DNA of 64,000 nucleotides from Lingula anatina (GCA_051362555.1 CM120647.1:19878651-19942650); one strand, 5' to 3'. Counted from the first letter of the stretch, positions 1 to 13,315 are shown. The notes: a model not told the origin generated them from the sequence alone. Numbers and translations are program-made.

Positions 1-23
1 AACGATAAAGTTTCCATCGTGCA

Positions 24-30
24 CATCGTT

Positions 31-68
<38 letters not shown>

Positions 69-204
69 CGAAAGAATCACCCCTTTTGCTGGGAAAAGGT
101 CCACTCTGAGTAAAATTTGATCTAGGTACATGAAGTTTTTATGGAAAAAGGTCCACTTTTTCAGAAAACGAACCCCCCTTTTGAAATTGCTGGCTACGGG
201 CCTG
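24..204 (+). mobile_element. MITE family A copy (~170-210 bp family; TIR CAGGCCYGTAGCCAG), left end eroded by a poly-G run
   Basis: Ends in TGGCTACGGGCCTG (191-204). The internal AAAAGGTCCACT/AAATTTGATCTAGGTACATG is shared with the copies at 15977, 16196, 21721, 49804 and 51397. Possible 5-bp TSD GTGCA at 19-23 and 205-209. Confidence 0.75.
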
Positions 205-444
205 GTGCATCAGGCATATATCAGACAGACAAATGGATGCTTTATACTTGTTTGCACGATAAGAAAGTGGTTATACTCCTTCTTGATGTGTGCCACATTT
301 AACTTATTTTTACAGCAAGAGCAAGACGTAGAAAGTGTCATATCTTGTCCAAAATTGACCCCATTATGCTATTTTTTTGTCATTTTTAACACCAAAACCT
401 AAAGCTGAACTGCTGAACCAATCTTGTAAATGTTATATCTATCT

Positions 445-752
445 TTATTACTGCCGCCAAAGAGGTCATGTTTTTGGTTCTGTTAGTTTGTCTGTCTGTC
501 TATCTGTCTGTCTGTCTGTCTGTTAGCAACATGACAGAAAAAGTTATGGAACGAATTTGATAAAAGCAACTGTCAGAAGTGGACCAAGGAACAGATGATT
601 AGTTTTTGGTGGTGACCCGGATCAATAATCAATCATCATCAAAAATAAAAAAACTAAATCATTATAGAATGAAAATTTAGCGTTAAAACAGCATTGGGTG
701 GAGACTTTGCAGCCTTGGTGGAGGTCTGCCCTCTCGGAGTGCTTTTCTAGTT
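445..752 (+). mobile_element. Non-autonomous Helentron-associated element (HINE/DINE-1-like)
   Basis: Starts TTATTACTGCCGCCAAAG and carries a (GTCT)n microsatellite after the 5' end. The 3' end has a subterminal inverted copy CCTTGGTGGAGGT, then a short hairpin (GCCCTCTCGGAGTGC) and terminal CTAGTT. This is the canonical HINE layout. Confidence 0.8.
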
Positions 753-2705
753 TATATATTACTTCTATCACAATCAGCAAGGCAAAGGTTAATTTACTTG
801 ATGTCTTTCTGTTTTCTTCTCTGCTTGCAATTAAAAAATCTGACCTTATTGCATCACACATTCTATGAAGATTCAGAAATTTCAGAATGAATTCCTGTTG
901 CCTTTAAATTAAAGTACATAAGTATATTTCAGTAACATATTAGAAAAAAAAATGCCTATTTTGAGTACTGCAATTTTGGCAGCCTTAGTGAAATGCTAGA
1001 TCTCCAGTGCAAATCAGTTCAAATAGATTAAGCAGCACTCCATTTATTTTCAATACACCTCCTTTTCATAAGGAGCAGTGCTATAAACACATTAACGTTT
1101 TATGTATGTCCCATTTGAAATCTGAAGTGAATACAAATAACCCGTAACAACCCCGGATTGTTTTACACCTCACCCTTCTGTTACCCCCCTCTTAAACTTT
1201 GGACTAATGTTTCAGTTGAAATGAACTCTCACACTTAGCTCTTGCTGCTTTTTTTCTTCAGGGGGAAGGGGGGGGGGGGCTGAAACTGCTGAGAGAAAAG
1301 TCCAAACACAGGTGCAGTATGGTGGTATGATTTACTGAAAGGCGGTCTTGAATTACTGTGCTCTGAACTTTAATCCCGTTTCATTTGAAGTTCTATTGTC
1401 GCAGTGTTATAATTCTAAATACGAGTAATTCACCCCGCACACAATGGCACACGACGGCCATGTTTACTAACACAACACCATCTTAGGCTCTCAGTTGAAG
1501 ATTATTACTGTGCCCCACATCATGTTTTATTGTATTTGCCTGGCAACTCTCGAGTTTATCACTGTTTGTGACTGATATTCCAGGAAGTGCTAGTTGTCAA
1601 ATTTAAGGACACTCCACTTAACGCCCTGTCTAGACCCTTAGCTGAAGAGGAGTACCTTTTTTATTGAACAGAGTTAAAGGTGAGAAGTAGAATGGCACTT
1701 GTGGAATAGACCTAAGTTATTTACACTCCACTGGTAAGTTGGAATGAATGAATGAATGAATGAATTTGGTGATAGATGTATGTATAGGTTCTACTACGAA
1801 CTTGTGTTAATCTTTTTCTTTTCTTTTTATTATTTATTTATTATATTTTATTTTATTTTTTTGGAAAAGTAGTGTTAACCATGGAGTAGTTTTTTTGAAG
1901 TCAGTATAAAATTTTACCAGGCCATGATTATCCTAGATCAAGCAGCTCCACCTGGCTATAGACGCTCGTCCTTTAAATAGATAAAAGATCAAGAAGTCTT
2001 TTCTTAAGTACACAGACATATTGAAACAAGGATAGTCCCGGTATTAGGGTTGGATACATCACATAGTTTGTTTACACATCTTGTTTACCATGTACCTATG
2101 CCACGACATGCTCGCACGTGCTTCATACGCCGCTTTCCTTGCTGAAATCGGTCACGCACAACTTGAAAAAAAAGTATCTATAGGCTGATGGTAAATGTCT
2201 GCAGTTGAATGTATTTATTAGGGTTTATCTGATTACGTCTAATATGTTTGCTGTTGCATCCACTTAAGAAGGTTGCGTGATGTTATATGAAATGTTGTTA
2301 AGCTTATTGATCAATGTTACAGGTAACGTCTTTGCTGAGTTACTCCGTTAATTAGAACTTTATTGGTTGCAGGATGGTTGATTAAGAAGTTATAGTTTAA
2401 GTCACTTATGGGCAGGTGTTTTTTACGTGTATTTTTTGCCTGTTCCTTATGTTTAAGTGAACTTTAAATAATTAGAATGTAATTTTTCAAATAATATCTA
2501 TCACAGTGTCTAATAAGGTTGATTTAAACTTTTTGAAATAATATGAACTGAAAATACTTATTTTATTGTGACTCTGTGAGTAAAGAAAAAATAGATCTTG
2601 ATAAAGAAAAAAAATGACAAAAGCACGAGTAAGGCATTTGGAATGTATTTAAGTTAACTTTTAAAATTATTATTATTGTCTGTCATGTTTCTGGTTTCAT
2701 TTTAG

Positions 2706-2878
2706 GACTGTCTAGCGCAAGCTCCAAGCCAGCATAGAATGTCTTTAGTAAATAATTGAAGTAGTACCCTCCTGCACAGTGCCCCTCACTGTCATCAAAC
2801 TCTGTCCAACAGAAACATCAGCAAAGCTTCGATTATAGAGTTGCTAGAAAGGATAAACACAGCCAATTTTTCATCAAG
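2706..2878 (+). other. Candidate non-coding (5'UTR or lncRNA) exon
   Basis: Acceptor TTTCATTTTAG| and donor AAG|GTGTGT flank sequence of higher complexity than the neighbouring AT-rich intron-like DNA. No convincing ORF. Confidence 0.3.
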
Positions 2879-3148
2879 GTGTGTTCTTAAAAACATATTC
2901 TTTGTCACTTAATTTTTTTAACACGTGGTAACAGCGTCTTTTATATGGTTTAACTAACACAATTTTTTAGAAGACAATGGGATGATTTTATTAGTAAGCC
3001 AGATATGCCATATCGCTTTGTAATTCAATTTAACACTGTGACAATGACATGCTTCAGGCAGATATCACTGTAAGATTCTGAAGTAGAAGATTGTTTTCTC
3101 TGTCAGTTTGCACTGTTAATATTGATACACATGTTTCTTGGATACAAA

Positions 3149-3409
3149 GGGCATATTCAGATTCACAAGTCATACTATCTGGCTCGGTCTAACTCTGCTG
3201 AGGGATTCTTGCTAAAGTGCAGTCAGTGGAATCAGCTCAATCAGCACAGACTGGTTAATTACCCCCTAGCTGCTTGATAAAGCATGTCAGACAATTAAGC
3301 TGATTTCACTGATTGCACTTAAGCGAGAATCCTCCCCCCCCCCCCCTCAACACACACACAGAGAGTTGGACAGACCCAGCTGGCAGGGGCTGTGTATCTG
3401 AATACAGTC
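3149..3409. mobile_element. Degenerate palindromic MITE
   Basis: Imperfect long inverted arms: ATATTCAGATTCAC...CTAACTCT...GGATTCTTGCTAAAGTGCAGTCAGTGGAATCAGCT versus AGCTGATTTCACTGATTGCACTTAAGCGAGAATCC...AGAGTTGG...GTGTATCTGAATA. Confidence 0.65.
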
Positions 3410-3545
3410 TATGTGATGAAGCAGTTATTTGCTTATTACATTATTTTCAGACCAAAAGTTTGTCAGGTGGCCCTAGAACTGGATGATTAACAAAGGAGAC
3501 CTTTGTTGAAAAATCTGCATTCTCAGATTTTCATTTTCTTTTCAG

Positions 3546-3756
3546 GCAGTGCCAAGAATTATTCAGTTATGATGTTGGAGTCATGTGACAAGATTTTTAT
3601 TATTTGGAAGTGACACAGAATTTCAAGCAGGGGAGGCAGGACACATTTACTGTGGAAATGACGAATATCAAGAATGCAGCTTTGCATAGACACTGGGAGA
3701 AAAACACAAAGTGTTAATCAGTGAAGAGTTATGAATGAGCCATTTAAAAACAAAAG
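3546..3756 (+). other. Candidate exon (non-coding or start-codon-bearing)
   Basis: Strong acceptor TTTTCATTTTCTTTTCAG| and donor AAG|GTAGGA. ATGs lie at 3731 and 3735 just before the donor. Confidence 0.35.
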
Positions 3757-5241
3757 GTAGGAAAAATGTTTTGATTAACTTATCCGTTAAATATTTCTGT
3801 TACTGTTATTATTGTAAAATCTGATATTTTGTAGGAAGAACAGGTACGGTATGTCAAGAAGATTATAAAAAAAAGCTTTTAATATGATATGGCAGCCCTT
3901 GATTTGGATTTATTTCAATTTTTTATTTACATTGATATCAATAAGATTATCAAAATGTTTTAAAGATGATTCTTCAGTCCTTGGTTTGAATTTTAATCAT
4001 TCTAATTATTTCTATTGATTGAGTAAAGTATTTAATTAATTTTACTGTGAGTGCTTTTTTTTAAACACTATTCTTCTGATGGTATTCAACAACATGTGCC
4101 TAGTACCATTATATTCTGTCTGAGGTTTGATGGAGTTTATGCAATGTTCTGCTCTGATAAGTAACTTTTTATGATATTTTATATAAAGTACTAGGTAACC
4201 TTGACCTCTGGTGGTTTTCTAATGTTATATTCTGCAAGTTATAATTGTTACACTACCCATGCATTAATATCATGAATGTGTTTAGTAAAGGTTGACCAAG
4301 TGAAAAGATTCTTCCATTTACCCAGTAGATCACTTTGATGTTTCTTTTGAACATCTCGATGGCCTTTTTCAAATATTAGCTTGCCGTAAGGAAGAGGAAA
4401 TGGCCTTGGAATATATGAGTCTGTCTTTGAATTGATGTACTTGAACTTCATGTGTTTGATCTGTGGTATTTTTGTTGTAAGATCTGGGTGCAGTTACCCA
4501 GGCTTTGTTAATTTTTGAGAGGCATAATATATGTGACTTTCCTCTAAAGAACATGTACTGTACCCTGAGCTTCATATCACTATATACTAGTAGTGGTTAT
4601 CTGATACACCTCTTAAGAGGTTTATAGAGACCAAAAGAATGTGTATGAAGCACATATCATATGGGTACATGCTCACGTACATGTGTACGCATGCACACAC
4701 ACACACACACACACACATGCATGTGCACGAAATAAAATGCAAAGGTGCATAAAATAATACTAACTGCTATATATGAAGGTGCATTATTGGACAAGCATGC
4801 ACGCACGCACCCACAAACACACGTAGAAATTGAAAAATTCAACAGCATCTGTGTCAACACACCGTGTAGTTATCTACTGTATCATTTCCTCAGCGAGGAT
4901 CAATTCGTGTCAAAACAAATGACCACAGTAAACATGTAGTGAAGTGTTCTCTGTCCTAAACAAATATGTCCGCGACCCCCTACTGTTCTTAAACCCACAG
5001 TTCTCTTCAGTGTAGTTCTGCTTTGGTGCTTACACTGTTAACCATGTTGACAATAAAGTAGCTTTCAGTGGGAATAAGCAGATTTTAAATTTTTGACTGG
5101 ATTGAGTGCCCCCCTGCATGTGATAAATATCAACAGAGAGATAAACAAAGCTCGTTTCTGGGATATTAATCGCCTAAGGTGCCTGATCCTCCAAGAGCCC
5201 AAACAATGTGATGACTGTCTACGTATACATATACTGGTGGT

Positions 5242-5274
<33 letters not shown>

Positions 5275-5466
5275 GGAAAGAGGACTGTACTAGTATACCT
5301 GTTCAGTAATCCTTAACTTTTCCTGTCACATGTACTTTGTATTATTGAAATGTTTTAATTACTTTTCTGCAGAATTGATTAAGGTTCCCGGTTGAGATGT
5401 TAAATAATTTGAAAATAGAAAACGAGCAGATAAATGAGTGAAGTGCTAAATAAAGAGTTGTGATAT

Positions 5467-5509
<43 letters not shown>

Positions 5510-6550
5510 TTTTTTTATTTATTTTTTTATTTAATTGTGGCAACTTGGAAAATGTTAATATAAAAAAAAAATGTGGGTAATAGTTGGCATTGTGTTGAAC
5601 TCTTTTAATTCCATTCTTTTAATTTCGAAAAACAAGCACTTGACCTGCGACCTTGTTAAATAGCCTCCCACAAAGATAAATCTCTTGACGGTTTGTTGAG
5701 AAAAAAGCATGTCTGATTAAAAGGAGTAAATCTCAAGTGCTTTGTTATTATGCTTTTATGCTGTTTATCTGATTTATAGGTTATGTAGAAGGATATAATC
5801 TCAAAGGTTTTATTTATAAAAAGGTTATTATTTTTTCTGACTTATCTTTATTTTGTTTTGATTAAAAAGAAAAAAATTCTTTCTGATTGATGTAGTACAT
5901 TTGTATTGGCTGATTTATATTTGGCATGATTGTTTTAATACAGTATATATGTTTTAGGGTTGTGGCAGTTTTAAAATATTAGCAATCTGTAAAAGAAGAT
6001 TCTTAATTTCTTCTCTAATACTGAATGTAAGTGCTGATTCCTTTTTTAAGGGGAGTCATTGATATTGCATTTTTTAACTTTCTTCTTCTTTTTTTTATCT
6101 AGTTTGTCTCACTTTTTTTGCAGAAAATAATTATCCAATGCACAGTATTACATACACCATGCACAGCCTCACGTAAAAAAAAATGAAAGAAAACAAGATT
6201 GTTGTTTTTTCATTACGGAAAGTAAATTTGTGGTTGCTTTTATTATGTTGACAATGTTTTCACATCCAAGACTACAGACGTGGTTAACAAACCAAGTATG
6301 AAGTTTCAAATTATGAATATAATGGCAGCCAATATTCAAGGACAAGTTAAGTCTACAATTTGAAAAAAAATGCAGAACTTTATTTAAAATAATTCAGTTT
6401 ATTAAACTGTGATTGTCATTAATAAATCAAATTATGCTTAGGAATCCCAAGACCTCCCAAAACCTCTCTGTCAAAGCCTTTTAAACATTTCACCTATGTT
6501 TCACAATGTATTTGAATGATTTCATAACCTTGTTATAATTACTAGCACTA

Positions 6551-6740
6551 TAGGCCAGTCATTTCAGAGGAGGGTTCTTTTTCAGAAATAAAAAAAAAGG
6601 TATTGATTATTTTACCTGGACCCACCATGAGATATGCCATAGAACTTGGATCTAATTCTGTTTAAGCTTTAATGTCAAAAAAGGGTGTTATTATAACCCC
6701 CCCTCCCCCACCCCATCCTCCACTTCTACTGGATATGTTT
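6551..6740 (-). mobile_element. Highly degenerate MITE family A copy
   Basis: AGGCCAGTCATTTCAGAGGAGGGTTCTTTTTCAGAAA...CTTGGATCTAATT...AAAAAAGGGTG...poly-C parallels the minus-orientation family A copies. Confidence 0.4.
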
Positions 6741-6747
6741 GTGCTTT

Positions 6748-6748
<1 letters not shown>

Positions 6749-6795
<47 letters not shown>
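6749..6795. repeat. (GA)n microsatellite
   Basis: Pure AG dinucleotide run. Similar runs at 19872-19919, 51338-51396 and 56463-56536. Confidence 0.95.
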
Positions 6796-6799
<4 letters not shown>

Positions 6800-7505
6800 C
6801 GTACCTGTGCTTGGAAATTACACTATAGCAGTTACACCATGACTGCCATAGTGCTGTAAATACTGTGTAACTCAGAGAATTTGGAACTAGCAGGAGGGCT
6901 TGTTTTAGAGTTATGCAAAGATTTGAAGAAGGCAATGGTCATATCTTGTAAACTGCCTCAAATATAAAAATGTTTGGATAAATATTTTCTACGCTCTTTT
7001 GTGAGAAATTGATTTTCCACTCAGTTGTATAACAAATTAAGTTAGGTGTCTTATTTAGTACATTAATGGATATCCACTACATTTTATACTGCTAGTCTAG
7101 ACGCTTTGCACACAGCCCCCAATATTAGATTTTATTAATTAATTAACAAGACTAGTTTAAGTATGTAACTAAGGATATTTTAGAATAATTATTATATAAT
7201 TATATGCATACACATTATGCAACTGACTTTTAACTTCTAGTAAATATGGTAACACTTTTATACAAATTACCAGTAATGTAATACATGTAGATATAATACT
7301 GCAATTGCATAAACTGCAGGCTTACAAGGAAGTCGGGTTTTAGATTTAATCGGGTACAAATTTATGTGTACTTTACACTCAGAGGCACTGGGGACTCTTG
7401 GTGAGAACCCTAAAAACTTGGTTAATTGGAAAGTGTAACAGTTGGACATCTCTCCTCCCTGTCTAGACATGGCTCCTCTGTGGGTCCTTATATATTTCAA
7501 TTACC

Positions 7506-8045
7506 TCAGGCTGTGGTTAGGACGGTCTGGAGGTGTGGTCACACTGAACATTTTGAGACTGGGAATTGGTCCAACTTGTAACCATGTGAGGATAGCCTAG
7601 AGCTGTGTTCACACTAATAATTTCAAGATTGGAGTCTGTTTATTTATAACACTACAGAAGTAGAGACACATTTTTTGCTCTGTTTGATAATTACATGAAA
7701 ACTTCTGTGGCAAAGGGAGTCACTAGGATAGGCTACATAAGGAAAGTAATGATAATTATGAGATAAGGTGAATAAATTTTAATAACGTGATGAAAATTAA
7801 CTGAAAAGAAAGATGTAATTATTAAAGGTGGGGGTGCAAAATATATCAATCGCTTCAGGCTGCGGTTAGGAGGGTCTAGAGGTGTGGTCACACTGGACAT
7901 TTTGAGACTGGACATTGGTCCAACTTTTTCCTATGTGAGGACAGCCTGGAGCCGTGTTCACAATAATAATTTTAAGATTGGAGTTAGGTCCATCTTGTGT
8001 ACTGATTTGAAAGCAGCCCAGAGCTGTGGTCACACTGGACATTTT
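7506..8045 (+). repeat. Local direct duplication (~130 bp at 7506 and 7855, plus a partial third copy near 8021)
   Basis: TCAGGCTGYGGTTAGGA.GGTCT.GAGGTGTGGTCACACTG.ACATTTTGAGACTGG...GATTGGAGT occurs twice, with a recurrent GTGGTCACACT motif. Confidence 0.8.
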
Positions 8046-10239
8046 AATGAAATGGTCCCCTGTTTGCAGATGTGTCCCAATTAGTTTACATTATTGGGTT
8101 CTTAGACTGATCACAGTTCAGAATCATCCATGTCTGAACACGATTTGCTACTGTTCTTTAAGAAGTCAAAGACTACAATATAAATAAAACTGACAAGATT
8201 CATTAAAATGGTGTGAAAAGGTGACCAAAGCAAAGAGGGTACCAAAGGTCTTTTCATCTTTGTTTAATTTCTCATGTTATCGATTAAAAGTTAGGGTATT
8301 CTAGCACAGGGTTCTTTGAGAGTTCGGGGCTATAATTTTTAGAATTTGGACTGATGCAGCTACTGATACTGGGGTTAAGCACAAGTCTGTCTACTGAGCA
8401 ATTCAGCATTGTTCTCTTTGGATAAGGTAGAGGCTCAGTAATTTTGACATAAATAAATTTTTATTGATTTTCAAAACAGTATTTTGTCTGATAATCTGAA
8501 AAGATTAAAAAAAATATTATTCTAAATCTCAGAGTCTTTAAAGGATTTCTTATAAAAAATACTCCCCCCCCCCCTCCTCTTTTTCTTTCTTTGAGAATTA
8601 AAAAAGGTAACATGTTTTTGACCAAGGGAGGTTTTCAAATTTTTTTATATAATCACCATACATTTAGTAAAATTAAATGAGATTTGACAGCAGTACAGGC
8701 ACTAAACAGAGCTGGGAGGTAGCAGACACGGAAACCTTTTTAAAACCATGATAATTATCATAATCAAACATAATTCGTTTTGATGGCCTCAGCACCAGTG
8801 ATGTTACTTGGTGACCCCGGATGCAAATTGACTTTTGTAACATCTGGCCACACCCAGAAATGGGTTAATTAATTGCTGAATTTGTTTGTTTGTCTCACAT
8901 ATAATTATTCTTGTATTTGTTTCTTTTTACTTTTGTTTTGCAACCAATTTTTGTGTTTAAGTCTATTTAATACACTAGCAAGGATATATTGATGTGTGTG
9001 TGTGTGTCACAGTGTGTATGTGTGTGTGTGCATACTTGTATCTGTGTGTGAGCATGCGTATGTTGTGGAGATAAAATATTACCCTAACACAGCTTCACAA
9101 ACACGTAGCAGTACTACAAACTCTCAAGTGACATTATTACCAGTAATTCAGTTACAAAAACAAATACAAGAACCTGATATGAACCAATAAAAGGCCAACT
9201 GGTTATTGTCAAGATGTCAACCTGCTGCCAATTGCAGGTATTATTTAATTACACCATGCAGTCAATAGTAGGGATAGTTTGGTTGTATTGGTGATTGGTA
9301 ATATATCGCAGAGTCACCTGAGTGTGGATGTGAAATTTTATGAGTGGCTCCTCGAGAACTTGCACAAAAATCTTGACTAAATGTGTTTTTTTTAGTTATA
9401 ATATAATTTCTTCCTTTTGTTATTGGATTAGTTATTGATTTTATTATAATTATTATATTTTGAAAGTGGGAGGTATGGTAGCCTTTACTTAATCCCTTTA
9501 TCATTTACTTATAAGAAATAATAATTTATTTTAGGTTTGTTGATAGTTGGAATGCCAGAGATAAGATTGTACTGAGCTGTATGAGCTTATTTCTTTGCTT
9601 ATCTTTACTTGTTTAAACGTGTGCAGTAGAGCCTCATTGTAACCTCACCCCGCCCTGTGCTGTCCTGGCCAAACGCAGCACTCACTTGAACAGCCAATCA
9701 AAAGTCTCTGTGGTGTCATGTGACTTGAAGTGTTTAAAAGTTTTGTGGCAACCACTCCACTGCAATAGGGCTAATTGAACTCTTGAGGGTACAGTGAAGG
9801 ACCTTATATTTAAGAGTATTTATAAGCAGAGTAACAAAGACTCAGATGTAGACTGATGTATACTGGAAAGATTTGACTGGGTTGGATGATGGAAGGGGCA
9901 GAATTTGAAGTCATGACTGATATTTTAGGGTGAGTATTTTTTTGGTTGTTGAAAAAAAAAAAAGGTTGACGTTAACACCAGGCTCTTTCCTGGTAGGCCT
10001 GGGTATTTGTGGTGGGGTTTTAGGGGTTGACGTGGGGGGGGGGGGGACGGAGAACAGGTTAAGAGCCACCTGTTTAGCTGGAAAAAGTCTGCTGAAATAA
10101 CTGGCTACAGTCCTGTATAGCAATTATATTTTTTCACCTGTTGATCAACATAAAAATACTGCATTATTTTCATGTGTATAGTTAAGACTGAATTAGTTGA
10201 TATAGATACTTGTGTGTAGAAAAACGTGTGCTGTGACTA

Positions 10240-10762
10240 AGGGACCGTTCACATGAAAAATCTATTTTCTAAAAATCTAAAAATCTATTGGCATTACCTA
10301 GTGATCACGGTCTGTGCCCTGAATACCCCGCTGCGTAATTAACTAGCAGAGCGAGCGAGTTACTTCCAAAGCTGTTTTTAATTCTCGGCTGCACTCGGAG
10401 GAGATTCTCATACCTTGACGCATGCCCACAAAAGTAAATGGCGGTTGCAGTTGCTTTGAAAAATGTGTTTGTTGATTTTGTGCAACAACAAGCACTACCA
10501 CTAGCCATATTACGCGTCTGTATGCTTAAGTTGTCAAAACTAAACTGATGAACTCCACAGCTTAGAGATACTACTGCACATGTGTCAAGGTGTCAGAATC
10601 TCCTCTGATCGAAGCCGAGAATTAATTACAGCTTTGGAAGTAACTGGCTCGCGCTGCCAGTAATTACACTGTGGGATATTCAGGGCACAGACCATGATCA
10701 CAAGATACCGCCAATAGATTTTTAGATTTTTAGAAAATAGAGTTTTCATGGGAACGGTCCCT
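10240..10762. mobile_element. Long-TIR palindromic MITE with TA TSD
   Basis: TA|AGGGACCGTTC...GAACGGTCCCT|TA. Imperfect inverted arms of ~170 bp (CTATTTTCTAAAAATCTAAAAATCTATTGGC...GGAGATTCT). The same terminal motif recurs at ~34156. Confidence 0.9.
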
Positions 10763-11049
10763 TACATTGCTACAAAATAGAAGCATTTTCATTGACCCAT
10801 CATTTGGACTTCCAATTCCAGTTTTAGATGCTTATATTTTAAAGGAGATGTTTATCATACTAGGATCATGTGGAGCTTGGATTGTCTGTCTTTATTAAGA
10901 GAATTAATTTAGACCCTTCGAATTATTATTCAAAACCAAGGCTGTACCCCTTGTCACATCCCAACACAATTGTGGCACATCTAACACATTTATTCTACTG
11001 CAGGAGAGAGAGCATTGTCATAAATGTATTTTAATTAACATTATATATA

Positions 11050-11217
11050 CAGGGGCGGATTGAGACCGACTTCTGGGTCTCCCGGAAGATGGTCAGATTT
11101 TAAAGTTTACTTTGACTGGTATCTATTTTTCTTCTGTCAGAAGATGTTCAAAAATAAAGGATGGATCAACAAAGATAATTTGGAAGACTGTCAGAAAATA
11201 TCTCTGGATCCACCCTG
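11050..11217 (+). mobile_element. MITE family B copy (CAGGGGCGGAT TIR, 5-bp TSD ATATA)
   Basis: Reverse complement of the copies at 17544, 19456 and 47664. Internal repeated GAAGAC motifs. Confidence 0.9.
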
Positions 11218-11284
11218 ATATATGCATATTGCATAGTGAGCGGCATATTTAACATGTTAGCCATTGCAAAAGTGCATTTCTGAT

Positions 11285-11445
11285 CGGGGCCATAGCAATA
11301 GTCCGAAGGTTCAATAGTCCGAAGGTTCATTGGTCCAAATGTTCACCACAGAATCTTCGGACCAATGAACCCTTGATTAAAAAAACGATGAAAATGTTAC
11401 CGTTTTTCAGACCAATGAACCTTCTCTCCCTTCAGATCAGCCGAG
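11285..11445. mobile_element. Small element with inverted arrays of a ~15-bp motif
   Basis: CAATAGTCCGAAGGTT twice plus CATTGGTCC on the left, and inverted TTCGGACCAATGAACC / TTCAGACCAATGAACC on the right. Confidence 0.55.
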
Positions 11446-12189
11446 GGGTTTTGTATGAGTACTTGTACATGAGAAGTCTGAATAAATGATTTTTTTTCCT
11501 TTTCACTTTTGTCCCAGAAGTGCTAATTTTTATAACTGGTAAATGTTAATTTACCTGATACAAAAATAAAAAGATAACATTATAGTGGTACATTTTTACA
11601 TAACATGTTTTCTGCATCCCAATGCCATGGTGAGTAGCCATGGTGAGTAACATGCTGTTTTCATGCTCAAACCCTCGTGTTGATTGGGGCGAAGGTTATA
11701 ATATGTAGTTAACAATTGGCATACGTATTTACGTCATCTACATTGACGCAATTCCACCCTATTACGTTTTAGGAACATCAGTTTTATTTCAAGCAGGAAG
11801 TCTAATCAGTCAATTTTCTAAGTAGTGTGATGTTGTGCATTAAAGATTAATTGCTGTAAGATTATTTTTGAACTTTGTATGGAATATGAATCACAGAAAA
11901 TACAGCATTTTGTAAGTCTTAAATCGTGATTTATGTGCACTTTTCTATAAGAGATGATTGCCACCTTGGTTATGTGGAAACCTGTTTGTGTTAACTCCCC
12001 TCACCCCCCAATATGGTACTAGAGCCTTTGGTACTTGTGTTTTCATTATGAATATTTTTAGAGGTCCACTTTCATCTCTGATGTATCAAATCTATATTTA
12101 TATAATAAATATATATATATACACTGGCTGTTAATTAGTCATGTTAATCACCCTGCTGCAGGTGTCAAATTCAAGCTAGGCTAGCCTTA

Positions 12190-12456
12190 CAGTGGCGGAT
12201 TAAGGGAGAAGGGCCCCCATGTCTCCCCCTTTTTGGTTAAAAAAAAAATTAGAATTTTGACTAGCTGAATCATAGTTCGAAACTGTACCAAATGGCACCA
12301 TTTGGCCTTTTAAGACAAAACAATGAAGGGGCCCTTGAGCAGGCCTCACACCCTATGTCAAGGGGGCAAGGGTTGGCTTCACATGTGAGGCCTATCATTC
12401 CTTAAAAAAAAAAAAAAAAAAAGATCCCTCTTCAAATAACCCTATATCCGCCCCTG
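12190..12456. mobile_element. MITE with CAG(T/G)GGCGGAT TIR and 5-bp TSD CCTTA (family B-type ends, different interior)
   Basis: CCTTA|CAGTGGCGGATTAAGGG...CCCTATATCCGCCCCTG|CCTTA. Confidence 0.85.
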
Positions 12457-13121
12457 CCTTAGGATTTTCCTAATGAGGTGGTGGCAGTCAGGAAAAAAAG
12501 GAGATACTGTGGAAGTCATCTAGGTTATCCAAGTACATTGTTATTGTGCTAATTGGGTTGCTAACAGATACGGAACATCAAGACTAAGTCCTTGATTATT
12601 ACTTAACGAGGCTTTGACAGCCTAGCATTTTACTTGCACGAACATATGACGATTAGAAGGTTCAGGGTATGGATGTTACTGTTGGCTACGTTACAGTGCC
12701 AGTGCTTCAGCAAAGAAATTCATCAGCTGTATTATGAGATATTGGAGTACAAATACTTACATTATTGTTTTATGAGATGTCAGATGAATTGAAGGGTTCT
12801 CAGACATTAAACAGATTTTGAATGTTGCTGTTTATTGCTTATTCCAGCACAAAAATTCATCAGCTGTGAGAGGATATTTTTTAAAGATAATTTAAAGAAG
12901 CTGTTATAAACTCTGACAAGACAATATATATAAAGGAGTTCTTCAAATGCTTAACTCTCTTGTATTTGACTGGTTCCTTTTGGAATCTTGCCATTCACTT
13001 AATTTTAAGATTTGGAAAAATTCCTGTACGGATTTACTAACAAATAGGCTGCCTACCTCCTCTTCGGATCTTAATGTATCATCGTTAGCCTGCTGAGTAT
13101 TCTTAAGGATTATAATTTTCA

Positions 13122-13315
13122 GTCTCATTGGAAAGGAAAAGTCAAGATTTTGCCCGACGTTTTTTTCCCTCCACCAATTCCTATCCCAAATCCTGTAACC
13201 CCAGTCCCACCTGATGTATTTTAATTTGGCATCTCATTGGAAAGGAAAAGTCAAGATTTACCAGTCATCTTTCCCTCCCACCCATGCCTCCCCCAAATCC
13301 CTTAGCTCCAACCCC
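13122..13315 (+). repeat. Diverged tandem duplication (~110-bp period)
   Basis: TCTCATTGGAAAGGAAAAGTCAAGATTT at ~13123 and ~13232, each followed by a similar C-rich tract. Confidence 0.7.

Noticed and set aside
32-66. Long poly-G runs (also ~5242, 33761, and poly-C at 49409 and 57485) as functional G-quadruplexes
   Set aside because: Several are homopolymer expansions within or beside MITEs. Their lengths are unreliable and nothing in the sequence indicates function.
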